This document shows positions 36,101 to 45,412 of a DNA stretch of 64,000 bases, in pieces. The position numbers were made by a program, and so were the translations under genes. Positions within the stretch are counted from its first letter, which is position 1, and each line of letters starts with the position of its first letter. Origin of the DNA: a virus; IMG/VR virus record IMGVR_UViG_3300012017_000779, positions 18,179 to 82,178 of that record. One strand, given 5' to 3'. The notes under the pieces were generated by a model, which saw only the letters and a list, made by a program, of their open reading frames with translations, did no database searches and was not told the DNA's origin.

Positions 36101-38689
36101 TGTTTGAGCACCAGGTACAATTGATGCAGCTGCATTAACAGTAGAATTAATTGTATCAGGAGAAGCTACACCAAGAGATGTTAAATTTAAAAGACCACCT
36201 GGAGAAAGAAAATATAAAGGCATACCAGGAATAAGAGGAGGTATACCAGTATTATATGGAACATTTACAGCTGTAGCATAAGCACCTGCACCTGCAGCAT
36301 TAGGTATTTCAACAAGAGAACCACTACCTAATGCTAAAGGAAGTATATATGTTCCACCATTAAGAGTAGGTTTACCTGTCTTTTTTTTAGTTTTTCCAAT
36401 ATTTGATAGTATAGCTTCAATTATTCCACCTACAATCATAATTGTTACTGCTGTATCACTTAATAACTTAAACTGTGGATGATCACTTGGTACAATAAAT
36501 TGTTGTTGAGAAGTTCCATTTAATTGACCATAAAGTTTTAATTCACTAACTGATAAAAAAGGTGTTCTAAACATTGTATCAGGTGAATGAAAAGTCATTA
36601 TATCTTTTGGCACAGTTTGATTTATAACAGGATCTCCATTATCTTGTGCACCTAGTGTTCTTGGTATTCTTATATATGGATCATTATAACCAGCCATATG
36701 TCCATTTTGAGTACTACTTGATGGAATTATAGTATTAAATGGATAATTAGGATATAATCCTTGAGATTTATTTAAAGCTACAGAACCTTTTATTTCAAAA
36801 GTTCTAAGATTATTTAACATCCCTTTTGCAATAATAGATTTACTACCTTCTCTTGAGCCTCTTAGTATTTCATAACCAACTATTCCAGGAATATCATTTC
36901 CTTCATTATCTTTTGGATAAGTAATATTTTCAAAAAAAACTCCCATGAGTCTAATGTGATTATCATTATTTAATGTAGCAGTTGAAGGATTAGCTCTAAA
37001 ATGATAAGTGTTTAGGTTTAATGCATTATCTGGAAATTTATGATGTCTTATATTTTTATTACATAAATCAAATGCTGTAGTTGGTAAATTTGTTAAAGGA
37101 TCAATTGGAAGAGGAGTCCAACATTGTGAAGTTGAGTTCCAAACATCATCTTTATTATCAGGATATTTTTCATTAGATTGCCAATAACCCATTTTACCTG
37201 TAGCAATTACTACACCACCATCAGGTAGAATAGTACCAGGATTACCTGTTTGTGATGCTGTATTAAATACTTCAAACAAATGATCATCAGTTGTTAAACT
37301 ATTAATATTTGTTGCAGTAGCATTAGATAATATAGTTGTACTTTCTGGTAATCCATTTTGAACAGGATAGTTTTCAGAAATTCTTCCAGGAATATGATAT
37401 GATGAAGATTTATCTCCTGTATCATAAACCCATCTAATAAAAAAACAATATACTTCATCTCTTAAATATGATCCTTTACCTCCTCCTTTAACATAATAAT
37501 TTCCAGGATATTCAATAGAAGCCCATTTAGAAGTAATTAAATTTGCTAAAGGTTGATAATTAAAATCAAGTTTTGATGTTGGACCAACTCTTAACAAATA
37601 ATTATTTACTTCTGATATCTGATCTGATTTTTCAAATATAGGAGTTTGTATTGGTAAAAAAGATACAGGAACTGTAATTAAATCTTCTCTAATTTGATCT
37701 AACTCAACTACATTAGTATTAGTAGAATAAAAACCAATTTGTTTAGCTACAGTACCTTGATTAATATTTTGTACAACAACTAAAATAAATTCATCAAAAT
37801 TTTCAGAATCTGCATTTATTGAAATTCTAATAGCTCCTTGTAAATCATCAGGTGACCATACTGGTTGTGTATTACTTGCAGAAAAATAATCAGTTACTTT
37901 TTGACCTTTAATAGCATATGCTATACATGCATAATATGTTCCGTTTCTTAATGTACCTCCAGAACTTCCTAAAGTTACATTAATACAAGGTGTAGTCATA
38001 AATCTTGCTATTCTGATTTTACTACAATCTAATACATTTGTATTAGTACAAATTTCACAATCATTAACTATTGGACAATCTTGAATCCATTGTACTCCTG
38101 GCCATAGTATAGGAGTATTTACACCATTACTATAATAGTTTACATTTACTGGTGCTGAAGAATTACCAAAATATGTATATGATGGTGGTATCCAAGTTTG
38201 AGGATCTCCAACATTTAAAAATCTATCTGGATTTAAACCATCTGCAAAATATACTTGCCATGTACAATCTTCTTTTTCTCTTGATACACCTGATATTAAA
38301 AATCTTTTATCAAAACTTAAACAAGCATCTTGTACAATTGGTTGATATATACATCTATTTTCTTGTAATAAACCAATTTCAGACATAATAGGTCTACCTT
38401 GATTATCATGACCTGCAGTAAAAATTATCCATTTATCAGAAAATAAATAAATACAACCTATAATGTATTTATCAGTAACTGCTGTTTGCATAGTTGCACC
38501 TGTTACAGCACATAAAAAATTTGATGCTTCATTTGATAATGTACCTAAGTCACCTTCAGAAGTATTATTAACAGCATTACGGGCATGTGTCCACATACCA
38601 TCATTTACAAATGTAGGATCTGAATCTTTATTTAATCCTTTAGTAAATGTATGTGTTATATTTTGTCCTGAATTATCTGATTCTGCCAT
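33152..38689 (-). CDS. Tail stabilisation / muzzle protein (1845 aa)
   Basis: N-terminal TFTKGLNKD...ARN and C-terminal WTVSYDP..WVSFHDWHP blocks typical of crAss-like stabilisation proteins; lies after the ring protein genes. Confidence 0.8.
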   Translation of the reverse strand: MAESDNSGQNITHTFTKGLNKDSDPTFVNDGMWTHARNAVNNTSEGDLGTLSNEASNFLCAVTGATMQTAVTDKYIIGCIYLFSDKWIIFTAGHDNQGRPIMSEIGLLQENRCIYQPIVQDACLSFDKRFLISGVSREKEDCTWQVYFADGLNPDRFLNVGDPQTWIPPSYTYFGNSSAPVNVNYYSNGVNTPILWPGVQWIQDCPIVNDCEICTNTNVLDCSKIRIARFMTTPCINVTLGSSGGTLRNGTYYACIAYAIKGQKVTDYFSASNTQPVWSPDDLQGAIRISINADSENFDEFILVVVQNINQGTVAKQIGFYSTNTNVVELDQIREDLITVPVSFLPIQTPIFEKSDQISEVNNYLLRVGPTSKLDFNYQPLANLITSKWASIEYPGNYYVKGGGKGSYLRDEVYCFFIRWVYDTGDKSSSYHIPGRISENYPVQNGLPESTTILSNATATNINSLTTDDHLFEVFNTASQTGNPGTILPDGGVVIATGKMGYWQSNEKYPDNKDDVWNSTSQCWTPLPIDPLTNLPTTAFDLCNKNIRHHKFPDNALNLNTYHFRANPSTATLNNDNHIRLMGVFFENITYPKDNEGNDIPGIVGYEILRGSREGSKSIIAKGMLNNLRTFEIKGSVALNKSQGLYPNYPFNTIIPSSSTQNGHMAGYNDPYIRIPRTLGAQDNGDPVINQTVPKDIMTFHSPDTMFRTPFLSVSELKLYGQLNGTSQQQFIVPSDHPQFKLLSDTAVTIMIVGGIIEAILSNIGKTKKKTGKPTLNGGTYILPLALGSGSLVEIPNAAGAGAYATAVNVPYNTGIPPLIPGMPLYFLSPGGLLNLTSLGVASPDTINSTVNAAASIVPGAQTVSIEYENELGDRQSLGKLLSGAFNAVGKLTYYFSRGADAAKKLLLAVIRYKQYALQGISYGFYGNFIPEPSANIFRYSIEDAFYIRDNIQDVPLYQNSSGVYKSYSINNLKRSDTVVLRTETGRAVTDGPDFINISPIPPLPSLPTALTGADNSLVTLGTLLQSTSSSGLPSFSNIDTPFNRTIASHYAGIKVRIRNQYGQLEGIKQIPITPCEQKMTFNVQPTAANPTPENNFVTVNAGRDCPTIFNPTTGNSNLSWFRLGQTPIFFGGDTFINRYTEKNTFFYFYDWLWQQPDGYEFNYTLYNMIPNARFFINSIEYDPSVLVSNLTDLRNLFNSNPPGTGPWPRDYYQLDWRGYNYIVDDEGNYGSTRDISVPDANFYIFNSSVKDFFVESDVLVDFRQQGILEGEKHYDPYRYTDTVRMFNIDPAIITRGNEYRYDYSLSISKAFTQYFSQGTLQSRYYNPKVSQLCYTYYPDRIYYSLQQQDESFKDSWFIYLANNYKEFKSQVSGVKSVNKSGILITFKNDSPLMFQGTDQLQTDLGTKLTIGDGGLFSQPGQSVTNADKSYEYGSSQNRLSVISTPIGIFYIAQNQGKVFTYGQGLQEISSAGLKWWFNLFLPYKLTEDFPDYPYQDNPVAGIGCQSMYDSENSMLYFSKKDYRLREVTDPIPRAPGTVAYIPLITYGKDNGKGDYFTLNGQGRYLLGDPFLFEDASWTVSYDPKTQVWVSFHDWHPSLTMGTKNNFLTTGDLGKQNTIWKHNFICNNFCNFYDTPYPFEIEFPHITGQTVTTIRSFEYILECYKRSSINCVDQFKILDYNFDKVVVFNNEQVSGYLNLNIFPKNNVTLSLTYPKLNTTNFASYDILFSKEESKYKFNQFWDITADRGEFPVGSGYPPLGPLVPGTTVLSGNYIERNIWITDASGYKKILTPTNLNYAKPPLQRKKFRSYLNFLNLTKNAAPVGVVNDVNMIIKVFDAKIQVSPR

Positions 38690-38691
38690 TT

Positions 38692-39747
38692 TTATATAAC
38701 TCTAGTGTTTCTAAAACTTCTTGGATGTTCATTATTTGGTCTATGACTTGTAAACATATCATAATATTTACTATGCATAGCTCTTCTATTTGTCCACCAA
38801 ATTTCTTCAAGTTCACTAAAGTTTGGAGTATTAACTAAACTAAGTGCTTGATTTCTAGCAGCTTTTAATCTACCTTCTATTATCTGCATTCTTTGTGCAA
38901 CATCTTCACCATTCATTAATAAGTTTTCAAGAATTCTTGCTTTAAATGCATATTCATAATATTCATTTATAAGATCATGATCAGGAACTAATAAGTTTCC
39001 ATTATCATCTTCCATAGCTCCTTGATAATTTAAATAAACTTTACATGTGTCTAGTGTAGTAAATAAAAAACCACCTTTTATCCAACCTTCATCTAAAGTA
39101 TTTACATATAAATTTGGACAGTCACAAGAAATTTCTTGACTAGTTTTCATTCTTAATGGAAGAAGTGTACTATAGGTTCTTGTTTGTCCAGTATTTACTA
39201 TTTGAATAAGTTCAGATTTTTCTCCTTTACAGTTCATAAAAACTCTTGGCCTTATACAAGTATCTCCATAAGGATTAAGTGGATCATATGAGCTAGGAAT
39301 AGTTGGTGTGGGACATTCTGCAGCACAAGAATTAGTAGGACATGCTGCAGTATGATTACATGGATTAGAATTACATGTAGAACAGTTAATTGTAATAGGT
39401 GCACATACATTTACATTAGCTGGAGTTTCAACATAAGGTACTTCTTGTATATTAGTTCCACCAACCATTCCATTGTATCCTATACTTTCAGTAAATTCAC
39501 CACATAGTAATGCATAATTAAATACATAAAAGTCATCTGGTAATTTTACTCTACCATGACATACTTCTAATACAACTTCTTTAGTTTGATTAATTCTTAA
39601 ACCTAAATCATAGTTTAATTTTTTAGCTAACTTGATAAGCTGTTGAGGCTCTATCATGTTTTCTAATGCTAAAGTATTAAAGTCTATTGATACATCTTCT
39701 AAAACTGAGTCAAAAGTTCTGTACCGTAGTGTATAATTAAAGTCCAT
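38692..39747 (-). CDS. Tail ring/tube protein with a Cys-rich insertion (351 aa)
   Basis: GRVKLPDDF...VYLNYQG...DDNGNLLVPD pattern of crAss-like ring proteins; adjacent to the muzzle gene. Confidence 0.7.
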   Translation of the reverse strand: MDFNYTLRYRTFDSVLEDVSIDFNTLALENMIEPQQLIKLAKKLNYDLGLRINQTKEVVLEVCHGRVKLPDDFYVFNYALLCGEFTESIGYNGMVGGTNIQEVPYVETPANVNVCAPITINCSTCNSNPCNHTAACPTNSCAAECPTPTIPSSYDPLNPYGDTCIRPRVFMNCKGEKSELIQIVNTGQTRTYSTLLPLRMKTSQEISCDCPNLYVNTLDEGWIKGGFLFTTLDTCKVYLNYQGAMEDDNGNLLVPDHDLINEYYEYAFKARILENLLMNGEDVAQRMQIIEGRLKAARNQALSLVNTPNFSELEEIWWTNRRAMHSKYYDMFTSHRPNNEHPRSFRNTRVI

Positions 39748-40409
39748 TATCTAAGTGTATTTTGACTATCATCAGGTCCATCTGTTGGAATTGACATAGT
39801 CATAGTTAATTCTTTTATTACAAATTGTTCTACTTCAGAAAATAAATATTCTGGTAATGAGAAAGGTTCATCTTGTCTTACTGTACATTCTTTTGTATCA
39901 CATGTTTCAATAGTTCCTTCAAAGATTGCTTCCATTCTTATTGCTTCCCAATCTACATTAGGACAATATATGTAGCCATCTAAATACCAAAAATAAAAGT
40001 TTCTATTATATTTCCAAGTTGTAGTTTTAGTCATAGAAACCCAGGTACCTGGATCTGTTCTAAACATTTCTATACTACCATCTATTGAAGATGTGGTACG
40101 TATAATAGGTCCTGCCATTCCATTTAATATTCCTGGAATCTTTTCTTTTGATCTTTTAAAATAACAACCTGAATATACTCCAAGACAACCAGCTTCTACT
40201 TTATCTACATCTATTAATTCTATATAAGGAAGAACTCTAAATAAAGAACTAATTTTCATTAGTCTAAATTGATTGTCTTCTCTTTTAATTAATGTTTGTG
40301 AATATTTTAATAAAGATGAATATATTATTCTATCAGTTAAAAAAGCATCTTCTTTAACAGCTTTTAATGTATTTCTTACTCTTGATATTGTTTCACCAAT
40401 TGTTGTCAT
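39747..40409 (-). CDS. Tail ring/tube protein (220 aa)
   Basis: Y(F)WYLDGYIY, AIFE and the C-terminal PTDGPDDS pattern; translationally coupled to both neighbours. Confidence 0.65.
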   Translation of the reverse strand: MTTIGETISRVRNTLKAVKEDAFLTDRIIYSSLLKYSQTLIKREDNQFRLMKISSLFRVLPYIELIDVDKVEAGCLGVYSGCYFKRSKEKIPGILNGMAGPIIRTTSSIDGSIEMFRTDPGTWVSMTKTTTWKYNRNFYFWYLDGYIYCPNVDWEAIRMEAIFEGTIETCDTKECTVRQDEPFSLPEYLFSEVEQFVIKELTMTMSIPTDGPDDSQNTLR

Positions 40410-40987
40410 AAGTTAGAGTCATTATATTGTTTTAATGCTAATTCAGCTTCTTTATTTTTTCTATCTCTATATACAGCTTTACTGTATGTTAAGTTTAATT
40501 TTTTTGTAGCATCTACTACAATATACATATTCCAGTTTTCTGGATAAGTTTTAGCTACACTTCTTTTAAAATTTCTACATGCAGTAAATCCCCAAAACTC
40601 TCTATTCTTTATTTTATGTTTAGGAGCATGATTAGTAAAAAATATTTTTGCTAACTTACCATCAGTCTCCCAATTATTATTTGATACTGATACTCCGTAC
40701 TTTAAAGATTTAGCATAGTTTACATTTTGTTTTTTACTTTGTTGGCATGTTCCTATAAATAACCAACCTATTGATTCAGGTAATTGAACACCATCTCTTA
40801 CATCAATTACTTTATTGTATACAGCATAATTAAATTTTTTTATAATGTTTTTTAAATCAGAATTATCTAAGTCTTTATATTTACTATACTTTTTTTTAAA
40901 ACTTTCAAAAAATTCTTTATTCAAAACATTATATACAGCTGGTCTAAATCTTGGAGCTGTAACATCTGGTTTTTTAAATTCTCTCAT
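40406..40987 (-). CDS. IHF/HU-like DNA-binding protein of crAss-like phages (193 aa)
   Basis: Basic protein with GVQLPESIGWLFI and FWGFTACRNFKR; position before the ring/muzzle genes matches the crAss IHF-like genes. Confidence 0.6.
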   Translation of the reverse strand: MREFKKPDVTAPRFRPAVYNVLNKEFFESFKKKYSKYKDLDNSDLKNIIKKFNYAVYNKVIDVRDGVQLPESIGWLFIGTCQQSKKQNVNYAKSLKYGVSVSNNNWETDGKLAKIFFTNHAPKHKIKNREFWGFTACRNFKRSVAKTYPENWNMYIVVDATKKLNLTYSKAVYRDRKNKEAELALKQYNDSNL

Positions 40988-40996
40988 ACTATATAT

Positions 40997-41028
40997 TTAA
41001 TATACTAAAAATTACTGACATGAACAAA
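40997..41028 (-). promoter_or_regulatory. Putative promoter TTTG-N20-TATATTAA upstream of 40987
   Basis: Best match to the Bacteroidota -33 TTTG / -7 architecture; lies immediately after a terminator. Confidence 0.7.
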
Positions 41029-41042
41029 TGTAAAGATACTAT

Positions 41043-41078
41043 AAAAAAACAAAACCCCCACAAGTGCGGGGGTATTGT
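41043..41078 (-). terminator. Intrinsic terminator after the tail fibre gene at 41127
   Basis: Minus strand reads ACAATACCCCCGC-ACTT-GTGGGGGTTTTGT followed by a T tract. Confidence 0.85.
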
Positions 41079-41115
41079 CTTGTTGCCACAGTAACCAACA
41101 AACTGTAACTTCTTA
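41043..41115 (-). ncRNA. Candidate 3'-UTR-derived small RNA (hairpin with UUGUUGGUU loop, then the terminator)
   Basis: GUUACAGU-UUGUUGGUU-ACUGUGGC (41109-41085) forms an 8-bp stem with 2 GU pairs; the loop is complementary to the AACCAACAA leader motifs. Confidence 0.4.
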
Positions 41116-41126
41116 TAAAATTTTTA

Positions 41127-42782
41127 TTATCCTACTCTTCTAATAGCCCACTCTATATTATCACCAAGAGTACGTTGTTCAGTATAAGCCACACCTGTTA
41201 AATTTTGTATTTTTAATACTATTTGAGTTCCTACAGATATAGGTACACCTTGCATACCACCTGTCATATAAATTTTATCATAATAAAATTCTTTTACAGC
41301 AGTAAAAGTATCAGCACAATAAATAATTGCTGCACCTGTTATATCTGTTATACCAATAGTAAAAGTTCCTCCTACTTGACCCCACCCATATGTATTTGCA
41401 GGTGAACTTAAATATACATTATAATTAAGATCATATTTGCCTGTTTGAGGACATGTCCAAACTCCAGTAATTTGATTATATTGTGAAGTAACATTTACTC
41501 CATTTTCTATTTCATATTGTATAACACCATTAGTAGTATCAAATACTACAGTAGTACCTAAAGAAATATTTGAATTAGGTTTATTAAAAGTTAAACTAGG
41601 AAAACTATCAGGGCTAATATAACCTCTAAAAGCTGTACCAAATAAACCTGCAGTAGTTTGAATAACATTTCCAAGTGCATCTGTAGATAAACTCCATGCA
41701 GCAGTACCTATAAAATTATTAGGAGTACCATAATTATTTAATTGTAATTGTCCAGTACTTTTTAAAGTTAGTTGATCTTGAAGTGTATTATTAGCAGATA
41801 CTTTACTTTGAATAATAAATTTAGATGAAGTAGCAGTTACATTTGTATTAACAACTGTTTTAGATACTAATCTATTTGTTACAACAGGTTCTGTTAATGA
41901 AGATGGATTTCCAAATTCAATAGACACCCCAGATCCTGCTGTAGTATTACCTTTATTTTCAACACGTATTGCACATGCATTAGCATTTCCTGCTGAAGTA
42001 ATAGATGTAGGTTGAATTAATAATGTTGGAATAGTTGTTGCTGGAATACTTGAATTTTCTACATTAGAATTTGATATTAATCCTAAAGCTTGAGTTCCTG
42101 ATCCTGCAGTATTAGTAGATGTAATTTGTACAACAGGTGTATTTAAACCAGAAACATTAGACTTTGCTAATATAGCTTGAGAATTTGTTACTGTATTATT
42201 AACTACTAATGTTGCACCAACAGAACCAGATTTATCTAATGTTAATGTAGGTACTGCACTACTATTTATCTTTAAAGCAAATCCATTATTAGTAATAGTT
42301 GTATCTTGAACTAAAGGACCTCCAAGTTGAATATTATTTACAGTTTTTGTTAATCCATTGTTTGCTGTTACTGGTGTTAAACTTACAATTGCATCACAAA
42401 AATATAATACTATTTGTTGTAAAGCTGAATTAACACCAGAACCAGCTGTTACGACTACATCTTCACTACATAATATTTCTGGCACATCACTATATGTAGT
42501 ACAAAAATATTCAACTAAATCTTCTAATAAGTCTGTCCATGTAGAATCTGATGTTATAACAACATCTCCATTACACTCAATGTCTGGACCATTGTATATA
42601 ATACAATCTGAACTTAATACTTCTTGACAAGGTATAGGATCCGGACATCCTGCAGGAGTTGGACATGGAGGAGGACTAGTTAAAAAACTATCCTTACATC
42701 CACATTTTGCACATTTGTTATTACAACTACTGTAGTTATGATTACAACTTGTACAAGTACTATTAGTGTTATTACAGCTCAT
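41127..42782 (-). CDS. Tail fibre/spike protein (551 aa) with Cys-rich N-terminus and C1q/TNF-like C-terminal domain
   Basis: SSDCIIYNGPDIEC head, ANNGLTK..NIQLGGPL fibre motif, beta-rich body, and YNQITGVWTCPQTGKY. Confidence 0.7.
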   Translation of the reverse strand: MSCNNTNSTCTSCNHNYSSCNNKCAKCGCKDSFLTSPPPCPTPAGCPDPIPCQEVLSSDCIIYNGPDIECNGDVVITSDSTWTDLLEDLVEYFCTTYSDVPEILCSEDVVVTAGSGVNSALQQIVLYFCDAIVSLTPVTANNGLTKTVNNIQLGGPLVQDTTITNNGFALKINSSAVPTLTLDKSGSVGATLVVNNTVTNSQAILAKSNVSGLNTPVVQITSTNTAGSGTQALGLISNSNVENSSIPATTIPTLLIQPTSITSAGNANACAIRVENKGNTTAGSGVSIEFGNPSSLTEPVVTNRLVSKTVVNTNVTATSSKFIIQSKVSANNTLQDQLTLKSTGQLQLNNYGTPNNFIGTAAWSLSTDALGNVIQTTAGLFGTAFRGYISPDSFPSLTFNKPNSNISLGTTVVFDTTNGVIQYEIENGVNVTSQYNQITGVWTCPQTGKYDLNYNVYLSSPANTYGWGQVGGTFTIGITDITGAAIIYCADTFTAVKEFYYDKIYMTGGMQGVPISVGTQIVLKIQNLTGVAYTEQRTLGDNIEWAIRRVG

Positions 42783-42794
42783 TATATTTTATTT

Positions 42795-45353
42795 TTATAA
42801 ATCTCTAAGTTTTACAATACCAACTCTTATAGCATCTGCACTATTATAACCTCCACCAGCATAATTTGTTCCTGACAAATTTAATACTCTAAAAATTACT
42901 TCATCTCCAACATCTAATAGTACTGTACATTGTGCATTAAGTATTATATTACTATCCATACTTGCAACAATACTTTTTGAACTACCTGTAAATATATTTC
43001 TTGAATTAGTACCTCCACTACATATACCTATATCAAAACGTCCATCTGTTCCAGATGTTTTCCAATAAGTATTACTATTGTCATCTGCTTTTAAATAACA
43101 AGACATAGTTAATAAGTATTCTCCTTTTTTAGTTATTTCAAATATTCCAGTAGTATTATCAACAGTTACAAATGTAGAAGTTGGAACAGTTGATGCTGGA
43201 GTTGAATTACCAACATACTCAGTTCCTCCTCCATAAGTAGCACTATTAATATTTACAACAGTTCCATTTGAATCCATATAAGTATAATTTAATACATCTT
43301 GAACTCTATTTGATACTGAATAATTATTTCCCCCAAAAGCTACTGTTTTACCGGGAGCATTTGCTACAGTATTTATTGTAGCTGTTGCAGTATTAGAACT
43401 ATAAGCACCTCCAATAGTAACCTGTGCATTATAATAATCTAATCCTTTACTGTTAACAGCATAAGTAGTAGTAGTTCCTACAGTATTAGATGTAACATTT
43501 ATATTTGTTCCACCCTCAACTACTGATAAACTTCCTGGAGGAACTTCTACAGAAAGACATCCTTCAGAAGTTACACTTAAGTCTAAAGAACAAGATGTTA
43601 TTTGTCTTAATACTAAAGACTGTGTAATAGGATCCCATGACTCAATTAAAGATTCTGAACTACAATTGGCTGAACCTCCACTTAATACAGAATTTAAATC
43701 ATTTTCAAATTCTACAGTTGTAAATGTAAGCAATCCTGTTCCAGAATCTACTGCTTTATTAAGTATTGATCCCCATCCATAATTCCATAAACCTTGATTT
43801 GCAGCTATATAGGGATTAGATCCAGCTCCAGTAGGTGTTACACTTCCAAAAATTGGAATAGTATAATTTGCTCCAAATGCTCCACTTAAACCACCTAATG
43901 TAATATCTGTATTATTTGTAGCTGCATAAGCATGAAGTAAAAAATTTTGTTCAAGAACAGTACCATTATATGCTGGATATACAACAGCATTAAAACTAGT
44001 CCAATATGTAGTATAATCTGTTACAAATGTATTGTAGTTACTAGTATATGTAGAAGTTGGTTGAGCAGGACTAAATAAAGAAGCAGGAGAAGCAGCACCA
44101 TGATAGTCAGCTTCAGATTCATTTACAAATGCTACAAATAATATTGCAGTAGGTCCAGCCCATCCAGGTCCATAACTTGGAGGAACTACAGCTCCTATTG
44201 TAGTACCATCTAAAGGATTTAACCAAGTAAAAGCTGCAGCTGAAGTACCTGTTTTAATTATATTAGGGTGGTTTAAATAATTTTCAGTATACGATTCATA
44301 AATATAAATTTGACCAGTATAACTTGGATTTGCTGCAGTATAATTTACCCACCACTGATAAAGTGCTGAACATACTATTTGTTTATTTTGTGCAGCAGTT
44401 GGACCAGATCCACTATATGGGCCAGAAGTAGTATCTATATAACCATAAACATCAGCATCATTTGAAATACCAAGTGCACAATCAGTTTCAGTAATTGTTA
44501 AACCAATTTGATTATCTAAATAATTATAAATATCACAAAGTACTACCCAAACATTACTTAAAGAAGCTGCAAGATTATTTTCTGTAGTTTGCCAATATGA
44601 ATTCCAATTTGGATTTGCAGAATATGTAGTACCTGTAGATAATTGTATATCTGTATTTAAAATACATTGTGATAATACAGCATCAATTAAAGATGCTGGT
44701 AATGCAGTTGCATCTAATAAAGCACAATATCCATAATCATCATCATTAATAAGAATACTTAATAATTGATCCATAGGAACTGCTGGAGAACCCGTGCCTC
44801 CAATTTGCGGACTATTTTGTAATATACAATCACTAGCAACAGTTGGTAAAGTAAATGTTGGTGGAGGAGTATTTTCTAATATTGTAACTCTTATATCTAA
44901 TTCATTAAGTGTATTATTAATTATAGCAATTTGATCTAAAATATTACAAATTTTTAATCCTATTGCTGTTACATAATCTATTAATGTCATTACAGTAACT
45001 CCATTAACTATAAAACAAGGTGCTACAGTTATTAATACATCATCAGATTTACCAGTTGTATCTGCACCTGTTAAAGACAATCCTTGTAATAAACAAATCT
45101 GTTCTATTAAAAATTGTAACAGTTCTTGATAAGTTTCTGGTTTACAACCAACTAAATTAAAACAAGAAAGATCATAATTTGTAATAGATAACTGATCCAT
45201 TACTGTTGCTAATTCAGTTGCAAGACTTGCTATAACATCTGAAATAGTATCTCCTGTACATAATTTAATAATATGTAAATCAGGTCCTTGCCAAATAACA
45301 CAGTTAGATGATATTGGACTACATGGTGAGTTATCGTAATTTAATGGTTTCAT
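42795..45353 (-). CDS. Tail fibre protein (852 aa) with Cys-rich N-terminus, possible vWA-like middle domain and C1q-like C-terminus
   Basis: SSNCVIWQGPDL is homologous to the head of the 551-aa protein; coiled segment; DNTTGIFEITKKGEYLL. Confidence 0.7.
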   Translation of the reverse strand: MKPLNYDNSPCSPISSNCVIWQGPDLHIIKLCTGDTISDVIASLATELATVMDQLSITNYDLSCFNLVGCKPETYQELLQFLIEQICLLQGLSLTGADTTGKSDDVLITVAPCFIVNGVTVMTLIDYVTAIGLKICNILDQIAIINNTLNELDIRVTILENTPPPTFTLPTVASDCILQNSPQIGGTGSPAVPMDQLLSILINDDDYGYCALLDATALPASLIDAVLSQCILNTDIQLSTGTTYSANPNWNSYWQTTENNLAASLSNVWVVLCDIYNYLDNQIGLTITETDCALGISNDADVYGYIDTTSGPYSGSGPTAAQNKQIVCSALYQWWVNYTAANPSYTGQIYIYESYTENYLNHPNIIKTGTSAAAFTWLNPLDGTTIGAVVPPSYGPGWAGPTAILFVAFVNESEADYHGAASPASLFSPAQPTSTYTSNYNTFVTDYTTYWTSFNAVVYPAYNGTVLEQNFLLHAYAATNNTDITLGGLSGAFGANYTIPIFGSVTPTGAGSNPYIAANQGLWNYGWGSILNKAVDSGTGLLTFTTVEFENDLNSVLSGGSANCSSESLIESWDPITQSLVLRQITSCSLDLSVTSEGCLSVEVPPGSLSVVEGGTNINVTSNTVGTTTTYAVNSKGLDYYNAQVTIGGAYSSNTATATINTVANAPGKTVAFGGNNYSVSNRVQDVLNYTYMDSNGTVVNINSATYGGGTEYVGNSTPASTVPTSTFVTVDNTTGIFEITKKGEYLLTMSCYLKADDNSNTYWKTSGTDGRFDIGICSGGTNSRNIFTGSSKSIVASMDSNIILNAQCTVLLDVGDEVIFRVLNLSGTNYAGGGYNSADAIRVGIVKLRDL

Positions 45354-45368
45354 AAGTTTACTATTAAT

Positions 45369-45400
45369 ATAATATACAAAATTTTATTAAGACTTGCAAC
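45369..45400 (-). promoter_or_regulatory. Putative promoter GTTG-N20-TATATTAT upstream of 45353
   Basis: Same motif and spacing as the other five sites. Confidence 0.6.
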
Positions 45401-45412
45401 TATTGTTTATTA

